DNA from: Styela clava
Lineage: Eukaryota
Direction: 5' to 3'
Assembly (NCBI RefSeq): GCF_964204865.1
Contig: NC_135250.1
Span: 27,776,001 to 27,840,000 of the forward strand
DNA: 64,000 nt
Under the pieces are notes generated by a model. The model made no database searches, was not told the origin of the DNA, and was given only the letters and a program-made list of their open reading frames with translations. Below are positions 38,859-52,583 of this stretch, piece after piece. Positions within the stretch are counted from its first letter, which is position 1. Each line of letters opens with the position of its first letter. The position numbers were made by a program, and so were the translations under genes.

Positions 38859-41274
38859 TTGACTATTCCAGGTTCCGGGAATTGCTGAAAATTTGTCGGT
38901 TCGTATTCAGATGATCCATCAGGTTGTTGCAATTGCTCATCAAATATCCCAATTGATCTGGGTGAGTAGTCTCAGAATGATCGTCTGAAATAGGTATTTC
39001 GTATCCACAGGTCGCGGCTAGTTTATCGGATTGTATTTGTTCATTAATGATATTGTTTTTGTAGATTCTTGGATTATTTTGAAACGTCAGGAAAACTTGC
39101 GTTACGCACATTTGGTTTTTCATTGTTCATGGGAGTAGAAGCAGTCTTGCGGTTTCGCGGTCTAAATCAAACTTCATATATTTTCGAGTTTGTTTACATA
39201 TAGGTTGAATGCCGAATCAAATTTGGGTAGTATGTCTTCTTAATGTTTGCATGCTCAGGTATCAATGGTAATTTGCGAGTTTACCAAATCCAGGATTCAC
39301 GTTGGGTATAGAATAGTGCACGACCGCTTATATCAGGTCGGTGTGATTTTCCGACGTTTCGAATCACTATGCAAATACAACTTAACAATTTGATGTCGAA
39401 TTTCTAAGCTGACATACTCCAGCTCACTAAGTCAGCCAATTATATCGTTCTGCTAACACCGATTGTGCTCCAAACCCCCGACACAAAAAAGTGCAAATCG
39501 TGCGCCATGTGTTAAGTAATTTTAACAAGACTTCTTAAAGTAGCCCAGATGCGTCATTATGTGCATTTATTAAATCTGTATCCGTATTAAAATCCTCATC
39601 TCAGGCAATGTCCATACACTTTCATACATTTAAGACAAATAACTGTTTCAATATCTGACTAGGACCGGTGATGGGACTACAAGGCCATGGTTAGTCATAT
39701 AGTCAAAGCTGGCTCCGTGACTTCTTATTTTTGAGATATAAATATGAAATACCTTGTCTTTTACCTGTCGTATCCATGCCCCCAATGAACCCATGCCAAA
39801 TAGACTATTCGAATAGTAAACCTCTGATATTCGAATATTTTGCCAGCACTAATCAGTAACCAGTAAATAATTATTAACTTGTTTAATTTCATGTTACCGA
39901 AGTAATCTTGCGTTTTAGGTAATATGTAAATTCTTTTGAAATCAGCTTGGTTAGTTTTAAAGTTTGGAACAAACGTTTGCGGCCCGTAATGAATTTCGTC
40001 ATGTGGAAGTGGCCCGTGAAACGAAAAAGGGTATTTTCTGAAATTTTGTTGAGCTCTCTGGTTGGGCCCGAATTCGTTATGCTTTGAATATGAAACTTCC
40101 GTGTCATCTGAGGATTGAATTTTAGTTTTTATAGAATATTATTATCACTGCAAAAAATATCACAATACACGTACTAAGGTAACTAAGCCATATTGCTAAG
40201 TACTGTAATGAAGAAATCAATAGTAATGAGGCTGCATCCTTTTATTAAATTTGGATTAGCTGCTGGCGATATTTAGGCAACCGTGCTAAAACATTATGAA
40301 AGTAGATGATTTAAGATTATAATTGGCCCGATGTTTTTTTGCTGGCTGGTTTTAAAATCAAGCCTGGGTTTTGCCTGATTGTTATCAAGTCAAATCAGAG
40401 AGCCTGTAACATCTTGTTTGTGTGGTTGGCGACTTTTCTTTCTTCCTTCACATTCTCTCTAGGCATGGGATAAAGAAAAAACCCTTCTCATTCGATCTCT
40501 ATAGAATTTGCGTTTGAATGTCGCAGTAATTTGAACGGTGTTTTTCTGGCTGGTTTTACTGGCTGGACGTGAGTGGCTTTCAATATATTCTTTCTGGGAA
40601 TTGTAATGATGTAAATTCTCTTCTTATTTGGTATCTATGCAATTTACATTTGATTAACGAATGTTGCGGTAATGAATGTATTTCCATATTAAAACGTTAC
40701 ACGGGAAGAGGCTAAGAATACACACAAGCAAAAATAACATGCACCAGCATTGTGCAAGTCAACGAAATGTTCATATCTATACTTGAAAAACAGTTTTTTT
40801 GGAGTGGCTACATTTGTTGCTTTAGCTTCTTATTCGAAAGAAAAATCTGCCAATTCGTTGTCTGCAGAATCAGATAGGAATCCTGTGTATATAAACGTCA
40901 ATCATGAGATACATGTTCTACATTGTCTGTCTTTAGCTAGCTCCGGCTAAATGAATATATAGATGTATATATTTATTCACGATATTAACATTTCTAAGTT
41001 TATTTTTCTATGCGTTTTCGTTTTGCATGAGTATTTTCATGAGCACGAGATCTATCGAGATGTGCACTCGTTACTTCGAGTTTTTCAACTTCAGATTACC
41101 ATGTTCCACTGGCTCAATCTCCTATCTAAAATGATTTATTTTTGCGGATTAGTCGTCTGAAAGCATTGTCTCCATTTAATTTGAAAGTTAGGCATCTTAT
41201 TAAATAAATCTGTACCGACCTGGACTCCGACATCCAGGATTTCAAAATGATGCATCAATGGAGCATAGATAAAT

Positions 41275-41386
41275 GGCGCTCTCGTAGTATGTGTACCAAG
41301 ATGGCACACAACCCGATAAACCTGACCTGGTACACATACTATGTTCAGGCTGTGCGCCATTTGGATACACATACTACGGGAGTTCC
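41275..41386. mobile_element. Short MITE copy (paralog of 14872-14983)
   Basis: Same inverted ends: ctctcgtagtatgtgtaccaagatggc ... gccatttggatacacatactacgggag. Confidence 0.7.
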
Positions 41387-42039
41387 AAGTAAATATTGCC
41401 TTAACACACGTAAAAAAACAGATAGCAACTGTAGATTCTGTTTCCAATTTCTGGTCAATAGGAAAATTGGAATTTCCTTGAGCGTTCTCGATTAACAAAT
41501 TTTTGCGGGTTGTTCTTACCGTTTACATTCCATTTCCTTGGATGGTAATAGGTTTTCTTCACATCCCATTCCACTGAACGGTAATAGGTTGTCCTCACAC
41601 CCCATTCAATTGGACTGTAATGAGTTGTTCTGAAAAATAAAATCGCTTTGAAATACAGATATCGTTCATTGTAGAACACATTATGAAGTCTGTGGTGAGC
41701 AGTGCCGGGTTTACCCTTAGCCTAGAGGCCCGTCCTCTAAATTGTAAAGGCTTCATAATAAAGCCTGTTTAAAATGTTACAAAACTGATATTTGTTTATT
41801 GTTTTAGCCAGGTTAATAATTCTTGTCCCAAATTAGATTAAAATAGTTTAAAACAAAAATACGGTCGAATGAATAAATTTGTTTAATTCTGAGAATCGCT
41901 ACCTTTTTAATCGTTATTTTCAAATTTAAAATGACATTTCACCGTAATAATGCCTTTTTTTGAAAAGATAAAAAAATACTTCGACTAAAACCAATTTTAA
42001 AATTAGTATATTTATTACTATTTCGTATCGGTATACACG

Positions 42040-42240
42040 CTCGGCAGCATACACCTGCTTGGGTTCGCTTGTTCAAATCCCGTGGGGGAGATAATTATGT
42101 GAGAGAGGATTCATGAACTCTTCGCTGCCGCAGGAGGCCATTGCCAACAAGTACATGCATATGAAACAAATAACTAATTAATGGGATTAATCGAGATCCA
42201 GACAATAACTGGTAACGGGGCGAGTTCGCCATATGATTAT
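42040..42240 (+). mobile_element. tRNA-derived SINE-like element copy
   Basis: gttcaaatcccgtggggg B-box-like motif; paralog of 15640-15835. Confidence 0.45.
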
Positions 42241-43789
42241 ATTCAACCCGGGGTTAAATATGTAAAATCCTAACCTATCCAATTTTTAATAATTTGAGGA
42301 ACATTTTATGTATCGATAATTGGTCAATGCCCGCCTTCTATTGTGACTATGAACAGGTCTTATAAGTAAGGGATTTCTGTTGGTCTGGTGATGATTTAAT
42401 ACATTCTTAATTTCCTAGTTTTTTTCAATTCAACTTACTATCAAATCTACTCGTACTATCTTGTCTGCAATTAAAATTTCGTATTTCGCGCAGGTCAATA
42501 ATAAAATTATGACGTCATATCACCAGGGGTTGTTATGACCTAATTGTCGCTTAAGGTACAAAGAGTAATGCATGTTTTGCATTACAGTTGAACAATTACA
42601 GAAGCTTTCAATCGTTATCAACCCAATTTAGGAAATACATCAATGGAATCGGCAAAAATAATAAAAACTGTCCTCATTTGAATACTGTCTTCATAAACCT
42701 GATGGCATATTCACCTACCTATACCATGAAGTTGATGTTTGGATTAGAAGTCCAACAATGAAAATGAATGAAATCATTCCAGGCATTATGTAGCTTATGA
42801 TCTAGTTACCAAAGGAATCCGCAGCTGAATTATCTCCACTTTTATAAGCTAATCTTACAGTACTAAACAACGACATGAAAAAATACACTAGTTTTACTAC
42901 TGCTTTATCTTCATAATTTTATTCAACATATTCGAATTTTAAAATGGGGACCGAACCGAATCGAGTTTTTTTTTATATGTTCTGGTTTCATTGCCTAAAT
43001 TTGGTGTTATTGCCAGCTCGGTCGGCTAAACGTGTCCCTAAAAAATCAAAGTCCTACCAAGGTTTTAATATATTCAGTAGCATATGCTTGACAAAAAATT
43101 CCGGAATTTCTAAAACATAGCCGATCGCTGCGTATTACTAGCAAGATGGAAAATACCATCGGTAATTTAGGTGTCTTGATGATGATAGTCATTTTCCAAT
43201 GACATATGGGCGCTGTTTGAGCGCGTCTCCGTCCTATTTGCAGGTAATTTGTGGGCATTTTTACACTATTTTCAACAGAATATTTTTAAAAGACAAAAAA
43301 TTTGGTGTGGATTGAATGAAATACCAGCAATGCTATCGACATATGTTTTTGTCGCAATTTAACAAGGGTAGCATGCAGTATAATGAAAGGGAACAACAAC
43401 AACAACAACGGTATTTCAAAATCATAACAGCTCGCTCCGCCAATGATAATTTAGGTGACTTGATGATGATAAACTATCTTCCGCTGACATATGGGCGCTG
43501 TTTGAGCGCTGATTCAAAGCAAGATGGGAAATTTAAAGCCAATTAAGAGATCTTGATGATGATAAACCTTTTTCCACTGACATATGGGCGCTGGTTGATC
43601 TCGCCTTCGTCGTATTTGTACGTAATCTGTAAGCATTTATACTCAATTTTTATTTGAATATAGTAGTTAATGGATCAAAATTTGGTGTAGATTGAATATG
43701 CTATCGTCATATAATTTTTCGCTATTTAACAGCAACAAGGATGCAGTTTAATAAAGGGGCACAACAACAACGTATCATCAACGAATCTG

Positions 43790-44605
43790 CTATTTTTGGG
43801 TGTCTTGATGTCTAATTAAGCATTTTCCACTGACATATACTCGCTGATTCAAAGGAAGGTGGAAAATAACAATGGTATTTTTGGGTGTTTCAATGATGAT
43901 AAAGCATTTTCCACTGACATATGGGCGCTGATTCGAAGCAAGGTGGAAAATATCAATGGTATTTTTGGGTGTCTTGATGTCTGATAAAGCATTTTCAACT
44001 GACATATGGGCGTTGATTCGAAGCAAGGTGGAAAATAACAATGGTATTTTTGGGTGTCTTAATGATGATAAAGCATTTTCAACTGACATATGGGCGTTGA
44101 TTCGAAGCAAGGTGGAAAATAACAATGGTATTTTTGGGTGTCTTAATGATGATAAAGCATTTTCAACTGACATATGGGCGTTGATTCGAAGCAAGGTGGA
44201 AAATAACAATTGTATTTTTGGGTGTCCTAATGATGATAAAGCATTTTCAACTGACATATGGGCGTTGATTCGAAGCAAGGTGGAAAATACCAATGGTATT
44301 TTTGGGTGTCTTAATGATGATAAAGCATTTTCAACTGACATATGGGCGTTGATTCAAAGCAAGGTGGAAAATATCAATGGTAGATTTGGGTGTCTTGATG
44401 TCTGATAAAGCATTTTCCACTGACATATGGGCGTTGATTCTAAGCAAGGTGGAAAATAACAATGGTATTTTTGGGTGTCTTGATGTCTGATAAAGCATTT
44501 TCCACTGACATATGGGCGTTGATTCTAAGCAAGGTGGAAAATAACAATGGTATTTTTTGGTGTCTTAATACTGATAAAACATTTTCAACTGACATATGGG
44601 CGCCT
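43790..44605. repeat. 84/85-bp satellite array, about 10 units
   Basis: Same monomers as 17390-20420, at the paralogous position. Confidence 0.95.
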
Positions 44606-44712
44606 GTTGATCGCGTCATCGTCGTATTTGTAGGCATTTTTCTACATTTTTTATTAGAATATTTTCGATAGAATATAATTTGGATGGAATATTCTACGGG
44701 CAATGCTTACAA

Positions 44713-45570
44713 CAGGCCTGCACAACTCAAATAACCACGAGGGCCGCAATAAATATGAAGCCCAGGCGGGCCGCAAACTTCGCCACATTCGTATTTCACA
44801 AGATGAACTACAAATCAAAATAATATTGTGAAACAATTAAATTTAATGAAACACTTTCATTACTGAGGAGCTTAAAAATTTGAAGAATCTTATTTTCTTG
44901 AGTAAAAACAAGTTACAGTATTTTTGCATATGAGATGGCACATTAGATAGAATCTGGTATTGCGTGTTGCAGAATAAACTGACTGCAGAAAAATGGTTTA
45001 CTCAGGTTCAGTTTTGTAAAATCGTCCCAAATATATGTATGACAATTTATTTAGTCATATCTACCATTATTGGATATTTCCATTGTAGGCTAGACAAACA
45101 ATACGTTTAGTAGCAATAAATCTTCCTCTGTTGTACTTTTTTGACTGTTAAATTACATTTTTCTACAAAATCTGCTCCAATTTACAATAAATAGCAAAAT
45201 TATTTGTGGAAGAATTTCTGCATCATTCATAAATAAATTAAGTTTTTTAAGTTCTAAATTTGAATCAAAATAGAAACTTCGGTTTCATAAACTTCTAGTA
45301 AAAAATAATGGGATATTGATAGGTTGCTAATATGCTAATATATTGGTGGCACACCAATTTCACACTAAGTTCGATATTTATTGAAACTAGTGCAAAACAT
45401 AAATACTGTATCAAGATTTCGAATATGATCGGAGTAGCGGCGCGCTTGCATAATAATGCCGGCTTTGATTGTTGGACCCGAGAAGTGGCGGGTTCCAAAT
45501 CACCCGCGGGCCGCACAGAAGTATCTAGCGGGCCGCATGCGGCCCGCGGGCCGTATGTTGTGCAGGCCTG
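44713..45570. mobile_element. Non-autonomous hAT transposon (858 bp) with 8-bp TSD
   Basis: Perfect 14-bp TIRs caggcctgcacaac / gttgtgcaggcctg. TSD gcttacaa at 44705-44712 and 45571-45578. Subterminal gcgggccgc repeats. The empty site has a single gcttacaa at ~20519 and ~62202. Confidence 0.93.
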
Positions 45571-46446
45571 GCTTACAATAGTTTTTTTTCTTTCTATTTA
45601 ACAACAAGGGTGGTATGCAATATAATGAAGAGTTACAACAGCACATATTCTTCAATAGATACGATAATCACAAAAGAGCTTCACCCACAAACAGTTCAAA
45701 TTTGAATATTTGTTAACCAGACATTATATGATTAAACAGTCACTTGAGCAAATATGATGAATCATGCTGTTCATTTACTTTGTGAATATAACATATTTCT
45801 GCGTCACAGTTTGCGTTAATAAGTGATTGTACAAGAATTATTCTGAAAATTGGAATCATTCCCAGAATAAGTTTCTATAAAAGTTCATATGGAATCCGAT
45901 CCTTGGGCAAAAGAAAACTCATTTATGCGTCCCTTACATGCAAATATAATATACAAATATAAGTACAAAAAATAAGCAAATATAAGTACAAATTAAAGCC
46001 TAATCATGCATAAAAATATTTAGGAAAAAAATAGTGTTACATTCAAAGGTTTTTGAAAATTTTAGTCCGAAAAGATTTTGTGAAATATAAAAAACGCGTT
46101 TACATCGGTTGGGCTAAATATTAGGATGCACGCTTCTCGTTTTCCGTAGTTGTATTGTCAAATTAAAGTGTTTTTGAGATAGGATGAATGCTATTGAATG
46201 ATAAAATTCATTATATTTAAGTCACTTATATAACACGTGAAAAGAAAATCTAGATATATGTACAATTGTGTTCAAAGAAAGCAAAGCAATTGGATAAAAG
46301 AAAACAGTGTAACAGATCAAAGTCTTCAGCATTCTGTAAATTGATAAAATTTGCTGTTACGCTCGTAACACTATATATTAGAAGCACGTTTTGTGTTGTC
46401 CGAAGTAATAATCAAATCTGAGTGTTTTGAGATAAAATGAATGCAT

Positions 46447-49400
46447 CTACATATTGTGAAGCGCGTTGTCTACCATTTCTTTTTTCGACTCAGCGTTATT
46501 TTGAATTTTTGCCTTTTTGTTGATGACGCTATACATAGCTTCAAGGTTTTCGTGGTTATTTGCTTCCTGTGCCCCGTCGTTCTCTTGCTGCACTTCGCTC
46601 TGTTGGTGCTCTTCGTTCTCTTGCCGCATTTCGTCCCCTTGCTGCGGTTCCTGTTGCGGACAAATTTTCAAGTTTGTCGATACTAACTGACGATAATATG
46701 CCAGTTTACGGAGAAATCTAAAACACAAGAGCCAGAGATAACGACCAGCTAAACGAAATCCGAACGATTAGTAGGCTACAAAATATTTGACTGTCGGTTA
46801 TATTCTGTTGCTTGAAAATTGATGCAGATTCTCGTGTACAAATTCATCTTGAAAGTTTGGCATGATCTAACCTAAAATTTATATATAATATTGTTTTTTT
46901 TTCGTGTGTTTACTAAATTTTTATAAATTTATATGCAAATTACCTCAATGTTAGGATGATTATGAGAAGTACTGCCAAACCAAGCCAGATTCCCGGGACG
47001 ATTATCAAAGTTGGAATATCCTTCGTTTTACAGTTTCCATTATAACCAATGTGTGTTTTTAAATCTTCTGCAGTCGTAGACAGTGATATTGAGGTTACGC
47101 CATTTTGTGTATTATTCCAAAAATCACCAGATTCTGTCGCAGTCGGTGCATTCTCTGAATATGTTTTGTGATAGATTGCGTTAGATGTGGTGGGAACAGT
47201 ATTCCTTGTTGTGGTTTGTTGAATCCCTACGAATAAGTACAATTTTGTTTTTATTGGTGATTTCATTTGTTGTATAACTTTAATCAAGTGTGTTGAGGCT
47301 GCACAAATAGGTACAGTTCAATTTTTATTAAGGATTTTATTTGCGTATTGTCATATTCAATCCCGGTTTTATTTCATTTTATCAAATTTGTTTTTTTGAA
47401 ACCAAAAATATTAGTAATAGTAATTTGAAGATGTTAGATCTGACGAAGTCACAGAATAGAGTCCTTTGCGCTTCTTGCGTATTGGGATAAAACCCAATTA
47501 TGTTCAGTTTTTATTGGTGTGAACTCTTTTTAAATTCAAGTATGTGCATATATCAAGAAATCGCCTCTCCTTTCGAGTTTTTTATAAGTAAAATATGACA
47601 TCAAATATTTGAAAATTTTCATTTGAAAAGCGCGTTTGTTTCGTATTCGATAAACTAAAATTACATTCCCTATTGAGATTATTAACTAGTTGAGTATGCC
47701 AATGTACTGTATATTTAAAATAATGTATATACTGTACTATTCTACAGAATTGGCGCATTATAATATTGTTGCAGCACTTTTTTAGGTGATATATGTTTAC
47801 AGTTTTTGCTTGCAGTTACCATATTTTCTACTTCAGATTAATGCAGAAGTTTAAAAAGACTCATTGAATTCGCTTATTCTTCATTTGTTGCTTTTACCTG
47901 TGTTGTTCAATATCTTGTATATTGATTGGATGTAGAATTCTTGTAATTCAGAAGAGTAGCCATCTCCTGTCTTATATGTCAAATTAATTAGAAAAATATT
48001 GTCTCCACTGATATGACGGTATATCCCATTACATCCGTCAGTAATAGATTCATCAGATACAGTTTTTGAGGCAAAACGGAAACAGTCGTTGAGTTTGGAA
48101 TCACACAGTTCTGTATCCACTAATCCAGCTGGAACATAATGAAATTGGTGTCCTTACATGATATTACCTCCTATATTTACCATATACGCACTAATAGGAG
48201 TATCGGTTCCAAAAAATCACATTTTGTATCCGATATATTGGCTACGTACGTAGAGATCTTGGCAAAAAACAGCATATCCCAAGTAAGTTTCGTTTTATTG
48301 AACAAATAAAGTGATACATTTCATTACTGCTCTTATGGTGGATGGTGGGAACATTATCGCTTGTAATTTAATGGGAAAATATTTATTTTTTTGCGAAATT
48401 TGAAGTACATAACCAAGACTAACATATTTTTAATTAATTTAACGCAATTAACGCAACAGGAGAGCATAAAGACAACTATTAAAAACTAGATGAGTAACGC
48501 CTTAATGCAACGTATAACACATAAACATGTTTTGAGAGAAATAACCACATGATGAAATAAAATTACTAGGACACAAATTAATCGTAAAAAGCCCTAAAGA
48601 CGGATACAAAACTATATTTGTATAATAAAATAAGTTGTTTAATTGTTACAAATACACACGGAAAATATATTCACCTTGATTACCAGTAATTTTCAGAGAT
48701 CCAATGCACTGACTGTTTTGATTGAGATTATTTTTAGTAATTTTAACTAACAAGACGCTGTTAACAGATGTGCAACTATCGGTATTTAATTTCCAAATAA
48801 TGTGAACACCCCCTGTTTTTCTGGAAGATACAATTTAAAAAGGACTATTTAAACTATATTTTCTTGTTTATTTACCTCTGGATAATCATGAAACTTCATT
48901 TCAAAATAAATTTAGTCTATATTTTACATCGTTCTGTTGAATATCATTTATGTTAAAAGTATATTTTATTGGATAGGATGATTTATTTGTATCAATTTTT
49001 ATCAAAACTCAATAAAAAAAAATAGAGAAATTTTTTACTTTACACTTGTGCCTTGTTGAGGTGTAGAACATAAATCAACGTTTAACCATTTCTGACCAAT
49101 AGATTTGTGAAGTGTTGCTGTCACTATCGGTGAATAAAAAAGAAAGTCATAGATCCTCTCTAACGGTTTGAGTTTCAAATACGCGATAATGTTATTAGGT
49201 ATACGTACCATACAGTTATATGCAATGCAAATGTCAATTATATCATTTATTCCTAATTAGTTACGTACTTTTTTTTAAAAAAAAGTCAAGTTATAAAACG
49301 TTGAAGTCCCGAATTTTTAAAAGACTCAAGCCCTCCATGGATTTCTGGCATTCATATTACTCACTCTAAAAAGTTTTGGAAATATTCAAATTTAAATGAA

Positions 49401-49541
49401 ATTTGAATGAGGCATTTTAACTCAACAAGTTCATTCTTTATACGAAGTGATGTAAACAACACGTATCCACTTATATACATTTTGAGAGTCACTGATTAAA
49501 AATGATGATATAAGTAACAATATCAGCGCAAAGCTATGCAT
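46447..49541 (-). CDS. Class A receptor A3 (exons open but exon 1 splice donor deleted; possible pseudogene)
   Basis: ATG at 49541 gives MHSFALILLLI, but the G|gtgagt donor is missing (~49505-49510). Exons 49123-49039, 48820-48684, 48128-47898, 47226-46944 and 46717-46447 are open and in phase. The tail has YSVI, but the last motif is NALH instead of NVLY. Confidence 0.6.
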
Positions 49542-52146
49542 GTTTTTCGAATATGCCAGCTCCCGTCTCTTGCAACTACACCGAAGAACTTTATTTGGTT
49601 ATCCCAAGGTATAGATATGAAAACGTAAATGTCGGCCAATGCAACAGTTGTTATGCATACATTTAGCAGAGTATTTATGTAACTACTCATTTATTACGTG
49701 TTTTGAAGCGATGAATATTGCTTGCCAAATGAGGATTAGTAATTGTAAAGTGAGCCTTATGTTAATTGGTAATGTGTGAGATCACTTCCTCGTGCACAGA
49801 CAATCACCTGCAACAGTTTACTAAGGTTCGTAATTTGAAATCATGACCTGACTGATTTTATTCAATGATTGAGATCGAATCCTTCCAATTATCCAAACAA
49901 AATTTTGAATTGGAAAAATTGCTCATTTAGTCCCTAAACACTTTGGATATTTTTAATTTACTTAGATTACTCTTCACGAATTATGTACTTTGAAAGTGAA
50001 GTGGCCAAATCATAAACAATTCTATGTATATATATATATTGAAACAAGAGAGGAATGGTCGAATACATGGATACGCAGTGTAATTTGTCACAGCAGCCAT
50101 ACAGGCACTATATCGCAGCTGAGCACCATAATTTAATTTACGTAAAAGCGGAAAGGTCTGGCATCGGCACTGGTACGGTAAGGCTTCAGCTAAGCAGCAC
50201 ATTGACTGAAAGATCGTTGGACATGCGTGGCAGAATAAAGTCTCACCAAAACAATCATCTGTGCGATGTTTGGACATATTCGCTTGGTATATTACCTTCA
50301 AAAAACGAATATATATATCCAATAACTAACTGCAGTACACATCCAAACTAAACTAAAATTAAATATCTGATCATTCACAAACACCAAATCAATCGTAATA
50401 AGCATCGTTACAGGTCACGCCTTAGCTAAACAGTGATCAACAGCTGTGTTAAATTTTGTGATAACAAAAAACATTGGATGAAATGTAGAACCCCACAGAA
50501 CCACACGGCTCAAAGATATTTGATAACATATAAAAGTAACACTTTCCCGGAAACTACCTTCATGTCATCAAGATTTGAAATCTATTGGTCCATTACTTTT
50601 GTTCACAACAATTTCAGGTGTAAATATTTCTTACAATTTATTTCCGTCTTGTTGCTGCATTTTGATTTGGGTGTGTATCGGCCGACGCATTTTTTTGATG
50701 AGACTCGCTAATGTTTTTGTCTCACTTTAAAGTTTTGGATACTTAATTTCCCATTTTATTTGATATTCAAGCAAAAGTATTTTCGTACTGAATTTTTTTT
50801 CAATCCTATACGATTTTACATTTCCAACCGCAGATTTTCCCGTTCCATAAAAAAAGAGCGTCGGTCAACTTATGTTTGCTTTATTACAATATAACCATTG
50901 GGTTAGCGGTCTAGGACCAATTGCCGAGATAAAAATCGCAAGCGATCTTTCTCGGGTGTGATTGTGTTTCAATTTTGAAGCTTAATCAATCAAGCCAACA
51001 AAATTATAATTGTATATCTAGGAATATACCTACAGACAAATTAGGTAATTGTTGATAATGATTGTTGCCACGAACTTAAACTAATATGTTCCAACATTTT
51101 TGTTTTGGTTTATACAATTATAACTTGTCTCATAATTTTAATTAAATTCTAACAGAAAGAATAGTATATTTAAGCAGAATTTTACAAATAACATGTTAAT
51201 AAATGTTAATGGTAAATAATAATCACTGAATAGCCGTTTTAATTGTACTGTGGTATCTGAAGATAAAAAATATCTTATTTATAACCTTAAATTTTGTCAA
51301 TATGTTTTGAGATAGAAACACCTCAATTGCCTCGTCAGAGTGATCAAAAACCGAAACCATGACAACAAAATACTTTAACGTAAATTGAGAAGTCACGCGA
51401 GAATAATAAACGATCTATTACATCCTGTTTGTTGCACTCTTGTATTTCTCATCACAAATTTCTATTGATCCAAATAATACCCTAATAAATTATGTCCATG
51501 CTTTCTAATAATTGTTTGTATCAAAGTTGCTCTTTAAGTTTCTATAAATTATAGTTCAGATCCGGGAAAGCAAGGACGATGTGCCGCACTATTATTTCAG
51601 ATTAAAAATAAATATCGCATTGCAATTAGAAGTTCGTTCCACACTTGTAATTGAGCCAGCATTCATTCGATCATGCAAACCCACAATATTACAGATCGCC
51701 AATACATTTTATCAATATTTATTATTATGCAGTGGGATAATCGTTGCAGACAAGCATTTAATATGCGATTGAAAATAATCTTTATCTGAACGTTGTGGTA
51801 TGAGATTGCAATTAAGATTACAAGTTATATTTCATTTTTTCAATATCTATTTCATATATATGAATTTATTTACAAAAAAAAAAATTAAATTAAATTCAAA
51901 ATGTATATAGCAATTTACTTAAAAAATTGTTTTAGCCTAAACTCGTTTTTTCTACATGTATATCAAATATATATCGATAACCCACCATACTTTCCCAAAA
52001 TTTCTATATGTCTCCTCTAAACATTTAACTTGGCTCATTTAAATTTCAAATTGAATGAGAACAAATATTGAATAGAAAGGCAAAATAAATATACGAAGAG
52101 TACATGAAACATCAAAATAGTCTATAAAATACGAATTGAAAAAAAG

Positions 52147-52378
52147 GGTACTCCCGTAGTATGTGCAACAAGATGGCGGACACCGGAACGTGGTATGTGT
52201 ATCAGGTTAGGATTAGGCCCTAATTTCAGGTACAAATACTACGGGAGTTACTTGCTAGTTCACGAACTAATAGATCTAAATAAAGGAAAATTGGAAAAAA
52301 AGAATAGTCTAACCCTAACCTGGTACACATACTATGTTCAGGTGTCCGCCATCTTGTTGCGCATACTACGAGAGAACC
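52147..52378. mobile_element. Long-TIR MITE copy 3' of B5
   Basis: Best-preserved arms: ctcccgtagtatgtgcaacaagatggcggacacc / ggtgtccgccatcttgttgcgcatactacgagag. Confidence 0.75.
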
Positions 52379-52583
52379 AGTTTTAAGAGTTTTAACTCAG
52401 TTTGCTAAAGTTCTTTGTTAAATATGTGTATGGTCATTTTGTATGTCTATATATACTCTATTATAGCAAGATCTGATCACTTAATCAGGAGTGACTATAC
52501 TCAATCCTGTCTAGTCTCAAGCAGTCAATGACACGAAGAAGAACTTAAAGAATGTTCACCAAATAAACAGGTATAAGGTGAAT

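Larger units (their letters stand above)
38863..42786 (-). pseudogene. Class C decayed receptor paralog C2
   Basis: Signal exon 42786-42719 and open exon 41629-41520, then remnants with stops and frameshifts as in C1. TM-like YLAIWLSYLSTCIVIFFAVIIIFYKN* at ~40122-40202; B-like tail remnant at 38863-39162. Confidence 0.55.
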
